From a virus: DNA of 51,509 bases. The first letter of the stretch is position 1. Each line of letters starts with the position of its first letter. Below the pieces are notes generated by a model, which saw nothing but the letters and a program-made list of their open reading frames with translations, ran no database searches and was not told where the DNA came from. The stretch lies in IMG/VR virus record IMGVR_UViG_3300014025_000004, one strand, 5' to 3'. This document shows, piece after piece, positions 7,701 through 15,720 of this stretch. The translations under genes and the position numbers were made by a program.

Positions 7701-9171
7701 TATCTAATATATATTTTTTGTAACTATTCTTGTCGTATGGAGATTTCATAAACTCTTTAAATGTTTCAACATCTGATTTAGAGTTTTTATAATCATTGTT
7801 TCGCTTATTTACAGCTTGTTCAGCATCATACTGGGCTATCTCCTGCTTGAGCTTGAGTATATCAGCCAATTTAAGACTCTCAATATCGTACTTAGCAAAG
7901 ATATTAGGGTATTCGTTTTGCAAGGCAATAAGGGCTTTTTGCCGCTCTGTATCTGCTAATGCTTGATTAGTGGCACTCTCTATTAGGTCGTCAATCTTTT
8001 GCTTATGCTGCTGCTCCCAGTCTATGGCTTGCTGCTTTTGGTTGTTATAGTCCTGCTGTGCTTTCTCAGCGGCTGTGGTGTTATCCTTTAGCGCCCATAT
8101 AGCAGCACCTAACCCCACTACAGCGGTAGCTACCAATACATAAGGGTTGGCTTTCATGGCAGCATTGAGGGCTTTAGTGGCAACAGTGGCAGCATTAGTA
8201 GCAATAGTCTGTATCCCCTTTGCAATAGCATCTTCCTTAGCTGCTACTGCCCAGCCTTTGGTAAGGGCAATATTCACCAATACAGCTGTACGATACGTAC
8301 CATAAGTGGCAATAAGTCCAGCTATCACCTTGCCTAATGTTTGGTAATTATCAACCAAGAAAGAAACCCCTTTAATAGCTCCAGATATATAGCCTTCAGA
8401 TGCTTTTCCTATCTCATTGAGCATTTGGTCAAAACTATCCCCAAGATTGGATATTTGACCTCCTAAAGACTTACTTTGTTCTGCCATTAGGTTAAAGAAT
8501 AACCCGCCCTCATTGGTCATATTCTTGATAACGGCTTGTACTTCGGGGAAGCCTATTTTGCCTGCTGAAACCATGTCTTTAATCTCGGTTTCACTCTTGC
8601 CTACGACCTTACTCAATTCAGCAATGATAGGAATACCTGCATTCATGAACTGGTATAGGTCATTCGTCATTAGCTTTCCTTGCGCTTTGACCTGCCCATA
8701 TACGTGAATGAGTTGTCCCATAGGTACGCCTAATCCAGCAGCGACATCACCCATACGCCTAAGCGTTTCCGTTACTTCTTGGGCAGGAACCTGAAAGGCA
8801 AGCAAGCGCTTAGCCCCTTCAGATACTTCTTGTAGTCCAAAAGGGGTTTTAGCTGCCAAATCAGTCATTTGTGCCATTAAGGCATTGGCTTTCTCCTTGC
8901 TCTTTAGCATAGTGCCAAAGGCAATTTCAAGCTGTTGGAACTGGGAGCGGACGGCTATAATCTTTTGGGAAAACTCATAGGCTTTTGAGATGGTAAAGAA
9001 TGCCATTGCCCCTTTGGTGAGGTTATTAATAGACTGTTGGAGCTTATCAGTTTCTTTTTGGGAGCTTTTCATGGAGTCGTTGAGCATTTTCTCCATTTCT
9101 TTTACACCTTCCTCTAATTTCTCAAGGCGCAAGCGGGCTTCAAAGTCTATACTTCCGTTATCGTTGTTCAT
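4744..9171 (-). CDS. Tail tape measure protein
   Basis: 1475 aa. Conserved core LAAKTPFGLQEV...MGDVAAGLGVPMGQL...LYQFMNAGIPI, a hydrophobic mid-section and long coiled coils. Confidence 0.9.
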   Translation of the reverse strand: MNNDNGSIDFEARLRLEKLEEGVKEMEKMLNDSMKSSQKETDKLQQSINNLTKGAMAFFTISKAYEFSQKIIAVRSQFQQLEIAFGTMLKSKEKANALMAQMTDLAAKTPFGLQEVSEGAKRLLAFQVPAQEVTETLRRMGDVAAGLGVPMGQLIHVYGQVKAQGKLMTNDLYQFMNAGIPIIAELSKVVGKSETEIKDMVSAGKIGFPEVQAVIKNMTNEGGLFFNLMAEQSKSLGGQISNLGDSFDQMLNEIGKASEGYISGAIKGVSFLVDNYQTLGKVIAGLIATYGTYRTAVLVNIALTKGWAVAAKEDAIAKGIQTIATNAATVATKALNAAMKANPYVLVATAVVGLGAAIWALKDNTTAAEKAQQDYNNQKQQAIDWEQQHKQKIDDLIESATNQALADTERQKALIALQNEYPNIFAKYDIESLKLADILKLKQEIAQYDAEQAVNKRNNDYKNSKSDVETFKEFMKSPYDKNSYKKYILDTGLYGRINEDLRGFILGSENQRKKVLEYLTEKSKIKHGDVKGDRVAAWSMSVKNLSEEEIKKELEHRQKLIADLQKQKKAGNKWASHGVNFGGDWFAFNEEELQAQSKTLQAQLDKLHEQTYEYKDLTKKYTQAVKDAEVALDTIKNGGKGKHTEEEFAKIIKEAEDNLKNAKKTLEDHKTSLSKSKGAKAAKTKTELPTFDYKKAAQEEARREQDFLFQKEQARINIMEDGAKKRLAIIQLDYDRQEEEIRRRTEDQMAAFIEQQKAQAEAEGKWKKGQAFNEDTPVINAHRAKLQTEEQQLLASNHDYMLYQQGLVYKELLEKYQTYTDQRKAIEEKYNADIAALQAKLGADTPQVKKAQDEKARELKKLDILYKKEGTAIAKLFENMRKKTVKEIRETIADAEKEIDQLASTLDMSDSANVEFIQNLRQQLEQARDTADRSDTAFGRLDKNIQSLFKFKPNTIEWKDALQGVLSDAQSITGEFGQLGQEFEKLGQSTGNSSLEKFGRTLQNTANMLSRTMSFAQVGSSAGGWGALIGAVVGFAVSGFETAAKERLAHEKKLQEIANAKIAQQNEYNRLLFEERMLHKENTSVFGTKEISNALDLLAVYNEKWNDLQEKITTPKMSSDEISRRRLVKQLREQAEERNSNLKKQSKNDVNWKKYLKELEIGRAGLSELQKITVANGSYTTGTWFWKKAGTIWHNISEAIPDLVKANGELDIKVAKAALDNREFYGDGKEKLKEIIELYERAQEAQKQFDEYMKNTFGELGTTIVDSVVNSLKTGEDAFESFAKSVGNVIGKLGRKLVYEVFVANHYKKLQDDIQRIHERGSRKEISPEEVAKQSADLIANFGNSMKGNFEAMKDTYKRIIDVGKQYDPNFDPLNEQRKAVEKGYMRMSQDTGDDLLGQFRLQTQLSAEIKNAALQTANFIKEMNQSMQSNAAQQLRHLAGIEANTYQLHEMKKDIAGVKTVLSDMQTKGIKIRA

Positions 9172-9193
9172 AATAATCTGTGTTTTAAAATGT

Positions 9194-9220
9194 AAAAAAA
9201 CGCCCCATTGCTGAGGCGTT
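9194..9220 (-). terminator. Intrinsic terminator between the lysis cassette and the tape measure gene
   Basis: The minus strand reads aacgcc-tcagcaatgg-ggcgtt followed by T7. Confidence 0.5.
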
Positions 9221-9229
9221 GCACGCTAA

Positions 9230-9739
9230 TCAGCGTTTGAACCTAATAAATATTAACAATCCTAAGACTAATATGCTTGCTATAAGCCACCAAGGTAGGG
9301 CGCTAACTTGTTTTTGTGATTTTGTGGTTTGCCGCTGCTCCTGTACAATGATGGCTTGTTGTTGGCTTGTGGTAGTGCTTTCTTGTATAATTGTATCCTC
9401 TTGGGTAAGGGCTTGGTTGTTGTTTTGATTTATATGTATGGTTGCCTTACCTCCTCTTATAACGAGGGCTTCATTAGGGCCGTCTCTCATACGAGTAAAA
9501 TAGAGATCTTTGGCATTACCCATTTCGTCTTTGTCACTCTCAAGGGTGATTTCATAGGATTGGGATTGCTGAAGCTCAAAAGTAGCGACCTTTTGGGACT
9601 TTTCTATGTGCGTAGCGCTGTCTTTTACCTCCTTTCTTTCGCTCCGCTGCTCTTCTCTGTGCTCGGTTCGGTTTGATTTCTTGCTCCTGCAACCGAAAAA
9701 CACCATAAGAGCTAAGAGTAAATACAATTTCTTTCTCAT
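9230..9739 (-). CDS. Candidate unimolecular spanin (N-terminal lipoprotein signal plus C-terminal transmembrane anchor)
   Basis: 169 aa. MRKKLYLLLALMVFFGC lipobox and a C-terminal LPWWLIASILVLGLLIFIRFKR. It lies directly after the holin and endolysin. Confidence 0.5.
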   Translation of the reverse strand: MRKKLYLLLALMVFFGCRSKKSNRTEHREEQRSERKEVKDSATHIEKSQKVATFELQQSQSYEITLESDKDEMGNAKDLYFTRMRDGPNEALVIRGGKATIHINQNNNQALTQEDTIIQESTTTSQQQAIIVQEQRQTTKSQKQVSALPWWLIASILVLGLLIFIRFKR

Positions 9740-9745
9740 ACATAA

Positions 9746-10255
9746 CTATTTTACTTTTTCAATTTCTTTAATGAGTTCTTTTAGGCTATCGGCATAGTTC
9801 GGAGCAGTAGCATAACCTGCCTTTGCTACTTCCTCAGCAAACTTGTAAGGGTCTGCTTTGACCTCCAACGCTTTGGCGTATCGTTTGTTTCTGAAAAAGA
9901 AATTAGCATGGTCTGTAAAGCTCTCTTCAGGGGTGTCGTACTTCATAAACCAATCTCGTACGATATACAAGTATTTACCATCTGTACGTTTGGTGATACT
10001 AATCACTTCAGGAAATCTGTCCTTTTCATTAGGGGTAGCCAATACCTCCGTTGTTCTTAGGAGCTGCTTTTTCTCTTTAGGTGTGCTCTTTAGGGCTTTT
10101 ACCCCAAAAAACATATTCCCAGGGACACTCTTACCCCAACCGCTCTCTAACCCTGCTTGTGCCAAAATAAAGAGGGCGGATATACCTGTCTTTCGCTCTG
10201 TGTCAAGTGCAAAATGCTTATACTTCTTGATAAATTCAATCTGTGTTTGGTTCAT
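9746..10255 (-). CDS. Endolysin, glucosaminidase (FlgJ/LytD-like) domain
   Basis: 169 aa. GISALFILAQAGLESGWGKSVPGNMFFGVKA is typical of mannosyl-glycoprotein endo-beta-N-acetylglucosaminidase domains. Confidence 0.8.
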   Translation of the reverse strand: MNQTQIEFIKKYKHFALDTERKTGISALFILAQAGLESGWGKSVPGNMFFGVKALKSTPKEKKQLLRTTEVLATPNEKDRFPEVISITKRTDGKYLYIVRDWFMKYDTPEESFTDHANFFFRNKRYAKALEVKADPYKFAEEVAKAGYATAPNYADSLKELIKEIEKVK

Positions 10256-10718
10256 GGTTTTCTGTTTTAGGATTGTCGTTTTCTTTCATATAGTCGGATA
10301 TAGCCTTAACTACGACTTCTAAATTGTCCCTATTGACTACAATTTTACTAATGGTTTGCCCTGCTTGGTCTAATCTCACCTTATCTTCAGCTTTCTCATA
10401 TATACTTTTGACCTCGATAAGGCAAAGGGCTATAGCGCCTATAAGGGTGATAAAAGGAAATAGCCATAGGGAATATTGGTAGTAGGCTTCCAAATACCAA
10501 ATCGTACTCATCTGCATACAATCCACTATTGAGAGGGCAATCAGTACATTGTAATACTGGGCGAGCTTGCTCACGGTGCGCTTATAGCCGTAGGAAGTGC
10601 GCATGACTCCCATTCGATGGGCCTTACGAACACCGCTCCACAAGTCCGCCAAGATCATAACAAGTACTAAAGTGTAGATACCAAAGAGTATCCATAGGGT
10701 TACAAAGATTTTTTCCAT
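10236..10718 (-). CDS. Holin-like membrane protein (3 predicted TM segments)
   Basis: 160 aa. VMILADLWSGVRKAHRMG...KRTVSKLAQYY resembles the phage_holin_4 pattern. It overlaps the endolysin start. Confidence 0.6.
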   Translation of the reverse strand: MEKIFVTLWILFGIYTLVLVMILADLWSGVRKAHRMGVMRTSYGYKRTVSKLAQYYNVLIALSIVDCMQMSTIWYLEAYYQYSLWLFPFITLIGAIALCLIEVKSIYEKAEDKVRLDQAGQTISKIVVNRDNLEVVVKAISDYMKENDNPKTENHEPNTD

Positions 10719-10727
10719 TGAATATTT

Positions 10728-11410
10728 TTAAGATTGATTGATTAGTTTGTCTAATTCCTCATTGTAGTCAGGGCTTTTATCAGTTATCACATTGTCTTTG
10801 TTCTTGTTATCATTGGAACTTTCAGGGTTTATACTATTGTACAAGAGCAAATTAGCATAGGATATTTCATACAAAGCCTCATAGACACTTACATTGGGAT
10901 ATTGTTTCAAAAACCCACCGACTATCGCCCAGAGGCTGTCATTTCGCTCACTTTCCTTGTCGGTTTTAGCAGATTTGCTTCTTTGAGGAAAGTGATAAGC
11001 ATAAAAAAATCGGTAGTCTGCATTTTGCCGAGCAGCTGAATGAACAATATCCCTACTTCTTGAACGTTCATTTGGTAGAGGATCTTATTGGTGAGCCGTT
11101 TTATTTGGCGTTCTTTTGGGTTCAGCCACTCCTTAAACCATTGCCAAAAGGTTGGCTTTGGGTGTGATGCTCCAAGTATCATAAGGGCTAAGGCGCGGGC
11201 AACATGTTTGCCGTGGGTAGCTTTCTGAAAGGCCTCGCCTACGGTCTTTTCTCGATTGAGTTCCTCCATGGGTATATGGGCTATCTCTTGAGATACGAGT
11301 ATCAGCGTGCCGAGGGTGGGTTGTGGTACTTGGTACTTTGTCCCTGCTATGGTTACCTCTTCGGCTTGTTGCAATAGGGTTTGTGCTGTTTTTTGTTGAA
11401 TATTGTCCAT
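10728..11410 (-). CDS. Tail assembly chaperone GT-type fusion made by -1 programmed frameshift
   Basis: The -1 frame from the slippery site is open and runs directly into the 60-aa ORF (..FFYAYHFPQRSKSAKTDKESERNDSLWAIVGGFLKQYPNVSVY..). Confidence 0.6.
10922..11410 (-). CDS. Tail assembly chaperone (G-type product)
   Basis: 162 aa, immediately downstream of the tail tube gene. Contains the slippery heptamer near its 3' end. Confidence 0.65.
   Translation of the reverse strand: MDNIQQKTAQTLLQQAEEVTIAGTKYQVPQPTLGTLILVSQEIAHIPMEELNREKTVGEAFQKATHGKHVARALALMILGASHPKPTFWQWFKEWLNPKERQIKRLTNKILYQMNVQEVGILFIQLLGKMQTTDFFMLITFLKEANLLKPTRKVSEMTASGR
11003..11009 (-). promoter_or_regulatory. Slippery heptamer T_TTT_TTT for the -1 frameshift
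   Basis: Zero-frame codons are GAT TTT TTT ATG. The downstream ORF frame equals frame -1 by coordinate arithmetic (11410 mod 3 = 1; 10910 mod 3 = 2). Confidence 0.6.
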
Positions 11411-11432
11411 CTTTTTAGTGATTAACGATTAG

Positions 11433-11470
11433 TGATTAGTGGTTAGCCACTTGTCACTAACCACTAATCA
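11433..11470 (-). other. 14-bp perfect-stem hairpin between the tail tube and chaperone genes
   Basis: tgattagtggttag (11433-11446) pairs with ctaaccactaatca (11457-11470), with a 10-nt loop. No U-tract follows. Confidence 0.6.
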
Positions 11471-11475
11471 ATGAA

Positions 11476-11925
11476 TTAATTGTACTGCTTAAGCATTTTC
11501 CCTGTCTTTGGTTTCAGAGCGGTGAAGGTGTATTTTATTTTACCTCCGTTCTCACTGTCCCAGGTCCTTACTACGGACACGCTGGCACGGTCTATGATAA
11601 AGCCTTTGGCACTGGTGTTTTCAGGGGTAAGGCGTACCGCGTACTGGTCAAGGACAATCCCGTCATTGTCGGGAATAGGAGCGGTTAGGTCGTCCGTCTC
11701 ATAGATTTCGAATTCCAGCTTGTATTTGCTGACATTCTTACGAGTGGCGATCACCTCGCCGCCCTCTACTTTGGCTTCCTTGCTCTCACCTTCTTCAGTT
11801 TCCAATTTGGTAGTGTTTTCCACTGGGGTAGGGAAAGCCTTCCAAGTAGGTGTACTGGGCAAGTCGCCGTTTTCCAATTTTACATATTCTATTCCTGGTT
11901 TTCCCCAGCTTAAAATGTTTGCCAT
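11476..11925 (-). CDS. Major tail (tube) protein
   Basis: 149 aa. Position is between the connector genes and G/GT. N-terminus is MANILSWGKPGIEY. Confidence 0.6.
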   Translation of the reverse strand: MANILSWGKPGIEYVKLENGDLPSTPTWKAFPTPVENTTKLETEEGESKEAKVEGGEVIATRKNVSKYKLEFEIYETDDLTAPIPDNDGIVLDQYAVRLTPENTSAKGFIIDRASVSVVRTWDSENGGKIKYTFTALKPKTGKMLKQYN

Positions 11926-11937
11926 GTTCTAAGTGTT

Positions 11938-12339
11938 TTAATAGTTACTAAATCTTTTGTATCTGAGGACGACATTAACCAAGGTTTGATTATCATCTTC
12001 CTCAAAACTATGAATGGTTTGTTCCTGATAAAAGCGATATTCATCGGTGATACGAGTTACTAAGCCACAGATAAAGGCTTCTATCTCCAAAATACGAGCA
12101 ATGTTTTTTATTTTTTTCTGTGCTCCTGCATTGATTTTAGGTACATAGAAGTTAATATTTACCTTACCTTCTTGTATATCCTTATCAATGCCTGTGAGAA
12201 AGCCTATAACACAATCCTCCTCAAAAGAGTTGTGTGGGCGGGTGCCTTGCAAATACACTCCACCACGGACAAAAGCGCCTATCTCGGTTTGGAAGGTGTC
12301 AAAGACATCCTTTTCTATCTGTGTGCCTCCTTTTTTCAT
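11938..12339 (-). CDS. Tail completion/terminator-position protein (hypothetical)
   Basis: 133 aa. Assigned by synteny only. Confidence 0.35.
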   Translation of the reverse strand: MKKGGTQIEKDVFDTFQTEIGAFVRGGVYLQGTRPHNSFEEDCVIGFLTGIDKDIQEGKVNINFYVPKINAGAQKKIKNIARILEIEAFICGLVTRITDEYRFYQEQTIHSFEEDDNQTLVNVVLRYKRFSNY

Positions 12340-12719
12340 GATCCATAGAGTTGTTTTAAGATGTTTTCAGCCATAAGCTCGGCACTGGAAAGCACATTAT
12401 AGCCTTTGGCTTCTACATAAGCAGCGTAATTCATTCCTGCTACTACTATCAGCACCAAGCCTTTGGGATATTTGGCTTTGATTTTCTCAATTTGTTCTTG
12501 GTTGTGCTTGTTTATATTCCCTTGAGATTGTACCACGCCGTCCAATAGCACCACATAGCCTACGGAGCTTCTAAGGTGACCCGTTCTATCGGTATAGGAA
12601 CCATTATCTCTGGCTTCAGTGATACAGCGTTCGCCTACCTCTATGAATTTTTGAGTGGCCGCCTTGATGTACTGCTCCTTGATTTTGTCAAAGGCAATGT
12701 TTAGCTTTCCTTCTATCAT
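12336..12719 (-). CDS. HK97 gp10-like head-tail joining protein
   Basis: 127 aa. RDNGSYTDRTGHLRSSVGY resembles the gp10-family TGxLRxS motif. Synteny agrees. Confidence 0.5.
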   Translation of the reverse strand: MIEGKLNIAFDKIKEQYIKAATQKFIEVGERCITEARDNGSYTDRTGHLRSSVGYVVLLDGVVQSQGNINKHNQEQIEKIKAKYPKGLVLIVVAGMNYAAYVEAKGYNVLSSAELMAENILKQLYGS

Positions 12720-13039
12720 TATACCATGATTTTAGTTCGTCCTACCAAATCGGCATGCTCTATGCTTTGCACTTCAAATTCGCCTAATTGCTCTCCTTTG
12801 CCACTTATAAGCCTTACCCTTTTGGCATTGAAAATATGCAGCCCATAGTCAAACCACACTGTATAGCTGCTTTGTGTAAAAGTGCTATCCTTGAAAGTCC
12901 CTCGCTGATTGTAGGTATTAGCTACAATGTGACAAGGAATAGGATCTCCCCATTGAAGGGGAGCTTCTTGAGGAATACCTCCTACCAAGCCGCCGCCTGT
13001 AGTGGTCTGTACCTGCAATGTTCCATTGTCTAATATCAT
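12719..13039 (-). CDS. Head closure / head-tail adaptor-position protein
   Basis: 106 aa. Assigned by synteny only. Confidence 0.4.
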   Translation of the reverse strand: MILDNGTLQVQTTTGGGLVGGIPQEAPLQWGDPIPCHIVANTYNQRGTFKDSTFTQSSYTVWFDYGLHIFNAKRVRLISGKGEQLGEFEVQSIEHADLVGRTKIMV

Positions 13040-13344
13040 CGGAATATGACTTTAGGTTTCTTACTCAGTTCGTCCTTGAGACCTAACCGCTTACACTCGT
13101 TGCTGTAGAAAGCAATTATATCGTCTTTGCTGGCCCTTGCGAGGCTGGTTCCTCCTTCTGATATAGAACAGGGGTGCAAGAGGATTTGTGGAATAAAGCG
13201 GATAAAGGCTATATACAAGTTTCTTTGCTCCTCTGCTGTGGCTTCACCTGACAAATCAGCAATGCCTAAGTCTAAAAGGTCAGCCTCAGTGAGAGAAAGC
13301 CCCAATGAGGCAAACCTTTGACGGAAATAGTCCTTTTTAGTCAT
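13036..13344 (-). CDS. Head-tail connector-position protein
   Basis: 102 aa, directly after the capsid gene. Assigned by synteny only. Confidence 0.4.
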   Translation of the reverse strand: MTKKDYFRQRFASLGLSLTEADLLDLGIADLSGEATAEEQRNLYIAFIRFIPQILLHPCSISEGGTSLARASKDDIIAFYSNECKRLGLKDELSKKPKVIFR

Positions 13345-13345
13345 C

Positions 13346-14419
13346 TTAACCCATGTTAGATGTGTTAATCACAACCATACTCTGAGGAGCAGCAAAGCTC
13401 GGCATCCACTCACAACCATACTCGATAAAGCGACCTTCTTCAGTACGCTGTGTGGTGATGTAGTGCCCGCCTTCCAATACGGTATAGGTTTTGTTAGGCA
13501 CACGATCCGTAAGCTCGTAAGGCTCGTGCCACATCATTTTTCCGAGTTTGGCAGTAGGAAGCAAGGCAATACGCTCATCAGCAAAGATGTTAGTCGTAGT
13601 GCCGTCCTCTTTTACTACATAATCCTCCACGATACGAATAGGAGGTAATCCTATACCTGTGAGTAATTGGTTTGCCATAGACTCGGTGATAATACCTCCT
13701 GAGACGCCAATTTGTGCGCTACCTAACACCATTTTGTAGGTATTCTTAAACTCATCAGAGGCAATTACACGCTTATTGAAAGTGGTACGGGTCATTTCCA
13801 TAGCCGCAAAAACACCTACCTTGGTACGGGTTTCATTGACTATTTTTTGCAAATAGCTAATGAATTTGGTTTTCTCAGCGGAGGTAGGGTCAAACTTCAT
13901 CACGGGCAAATCCATGTCAATAAGAGAAACCCCATCTTTGTTGTCGTTCAACTTGACCTCTCCCTTACCCGTGGAAATGAGTTGTCCTACCAAATAATCC
14001 ATACGCTTGTGAGGAGCCAGCGTACATTGACGAATATCGTCGGCTAAGAAGTTGATAATCTCATTCATCACCGCAGCTTGTCCTGCTCCTGCTTGGTTGT
14101 ATTTGTCTGTTAGCTGCTTGATGATACTAAGACGCTCGTTGTCCAACTGAAAGGAGTTCCCCAAGTCAGCAACCTCACCCGTACCGCTACCGAGGGTTCT
14201 ACGTTCACGAATAGGCTTGCCTGAATTCTTGTCAATCACAGACCCCATTACCACTCCTGTAACGGTGCCGATGTAGGTTTTGAACAAGCGTGCTTTGGTC
14301 TCCTCAAAGTCAAAATAACGCTTCCATACCACCGTATCGGCAGTGGTCTGTATCACCCTATTAATCACCGCTCTGATGATTTGAGGGCTGTTAAAGAGTC
14401 TTTCTAAAGTTAAAATCAT
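13346..14419 (-). CDS. Major capsid protein (lambda gpE-like size and position)
   Basis: 357 aa. Follows the scaffold and a decoration-like gene. Confidence 0.65.
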   Translation of the reverse strand: MILTLERLFNSPQIIRAVINRVIQTTADTVVWKRYFDFEETKARLFKTYIGTVTGVVMGSVIDKNSGKPIRERRTLGSGTGEVADLGNSFQLDNERLSIIKQLTDKYNQAGAGQAAVMNEIINFLADDIRQCTLAPHKRMDYLVGQLISTGKGEVKLNDNKDGVSLIDMDLPVMKFDPTSAEKTKFISYLQKIVNETRTKVGVFAAMEMTRTTFNKRVIASDEFKNTYKMVLGSAQIGVSGGIITESMANQLLTGIGLPPIRIVEDYVVKEDGTTTNIFADERIALLPTAKLGKMMWHEPYELTDRVPNKTYTVLEGGHYITTQRTEEGRFIEYGCEWMPSFAAPQSMVVINTSNMG

Positions 14420-14433
14420 TGTTCTACTGGTTT

Positions 14434-15009
14434 TTAGATAAACATAAATCTTGCTCCAAGTGTCTCCTTATCCTTATCGGATACGGGTACATAGAGCTTG
14501 TTGGTTTGGATTTCATACGCCTGACCCAAAGCGGTAACAGTTGCCCCTGCTTCCTTCTTCACCCTTGCATAGTTAAGGAAATTAGCAGGGTTTTTAACCA
14601 CCTTACCTGCATTGGTTTTAGCCTCAAAGAGGACATCGCCCGCTTTTACATCTGCAATGTTAACTGAGAGCGTAAGGGTGTCATAATTGGCGTTAGTGGT
14701 GTCTATTGCTGTGATAGTAGCACCATTAGTACCATTACCAAGGTGCATATTTACTTTGGCAAAGCTCCCTTTCTGTACCTTGAGTGTAGTGGCATTAATC
14801 GCTTCCACGGCCTTTACGGACTTAGAGACTTTGGCCGTGCGTGTCTTAAAATCTACCGCTAAGGGGGCTAAGACAGGGATATATTGTCCGTCATCTATAT
14901 CGCTATCCTCAATATTGAACCCTCCTGCTAAGCGGTAGCCTGATTTTACGTTGTAGAGTTCTTTCTCTACCTCCTGACCCTTAAGGTCATACTTAATTCC
15001 TGCTGGCAT
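14434..15009 (-). CDS. Head decoration / capsid accessory protein (putative)
   Basis: 191 aa, between the scaffold and capsid genes. Confidence 0.4.
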   Translation of the reverse strand: MPAGIKYDLKGQEVEKELYNVKSGYRLAGGFNIEDSDIDDGQYIPVLAPLAVDFKTRTAKVSKSVKAVEAINATTLKVQKGSFAKVNMHLGNGTNGATITAIDTTNANYDTLTLSVNIADVKAGDVLFEAKTNAGKVVKNPANFLNYARVKKEAGATVTALGQAYEIQTNKLYVPVSDKDKETLGARFMFI

Positions 15010-15032
15010 CTTTTTTAATGATTAGTGGTTTG

Positions 15033-15698
15033 TCACTTGTTACTTGTCGTTAGTTTCTCGGTTTCTTGCTCAATGAGATTAGCAATAGCCTCCTCCTCTT
15101 TCTGTGGATCATCAGGGGTATCAGGGGCTTTGGAATAAGAAAACCCACGTGCTGAAAGCTCTTGCTCCTGCTTGCCAAAGCCCTCTGTTACGGCATTAAC
15201 TAAGGTCTCCACTGCGGAGGTATCGGCAAAATCACGCCCCACGAGCGAAGGAGAATAGTAGCTTTCTGGGATATTCTTTTCTCTCATCAGCCTTACGAAT
15301 TGCTCCTTGAGGCTTTCGGCTGTTTTGCCTTTTTGGAACTCGGCAAAGCTATTTTGCAAGGTATTGAGTTTCTCAATAATTGCACTCATTTCAGCATTGC
15401 CCTGATTAACCGCAGATGTAGCGGGAGTAGGTTCGTTGCTTTTCTCTGCTTTTGCCTTCCAATCGTCCGCTTCCTTCTTGTACTTCTCACTTTCAGCCCT
15501 GAAAGTATTGACCCGATTATCAGCATAAGATTGGAACAACTTAAGCATAGCCTCAGCCCCCGCAGTGGCAGGTTCTACTTGGCTTTCTTCTATTACGTAA
15601 GCACTCAAGTTAGCCGCCACTCCCTCAAGTACTTGCCCGCTCAACCCTAAGTGATTGTACTTAGTTTTGAGTAATTGTAGAATTTTTTCTTTGAACAT
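15033..15698 (-). CDS. Scaffolding protein (putative)
   Basis: 221 aa, acidic and helical/coiled-coil-like. Lies upstream of the capsid gene. Confidence 0.5.
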   Translation of the reverse strand: MFKEKILQLLKTKYNHLGLSGQVLEGVAANLSAYVIEESQVEPATAGAEAMLKLFQSYADNRVNTFRAESEKYKKEADDWKAKAEKSNEPTPATSAVNQGNAEMSAIIEKLNTLQNSFAEFQKGKTAESLKEQFVRLMREKNIPESYYSPSLVGRDFADTSAVETLVNAVTEGFGKQEQELSARGFSYSKAPDTPDDPQKEEEAIANLIEQETEKLTTSNK

Positions 15699-15720
15699 AA
15701 AAAAACGATATTATTATATG

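Noticed and set aside
4744-9171. Numerous 60-110-aa plus-strand ORFs inside the tape measure gene, and similar antisense ORFs inside the Tal, portal, capsid and methylase genes
   Set aside because: They are nested antisense or alternate-frame ORFs within long, clearly coding genes. They have no independent signals and biased, low-complexity translations.
11411-11475. Short tandem TAGTGATTAG-type repeats, here and in other late-gene leaders, considered as a CRISPR array or minisatellite
   Set aside because: The units are 8-12 nt, irregularly spaced, without spacers of constant length, and scattered in front of start codons. They are treated as a leader motif.
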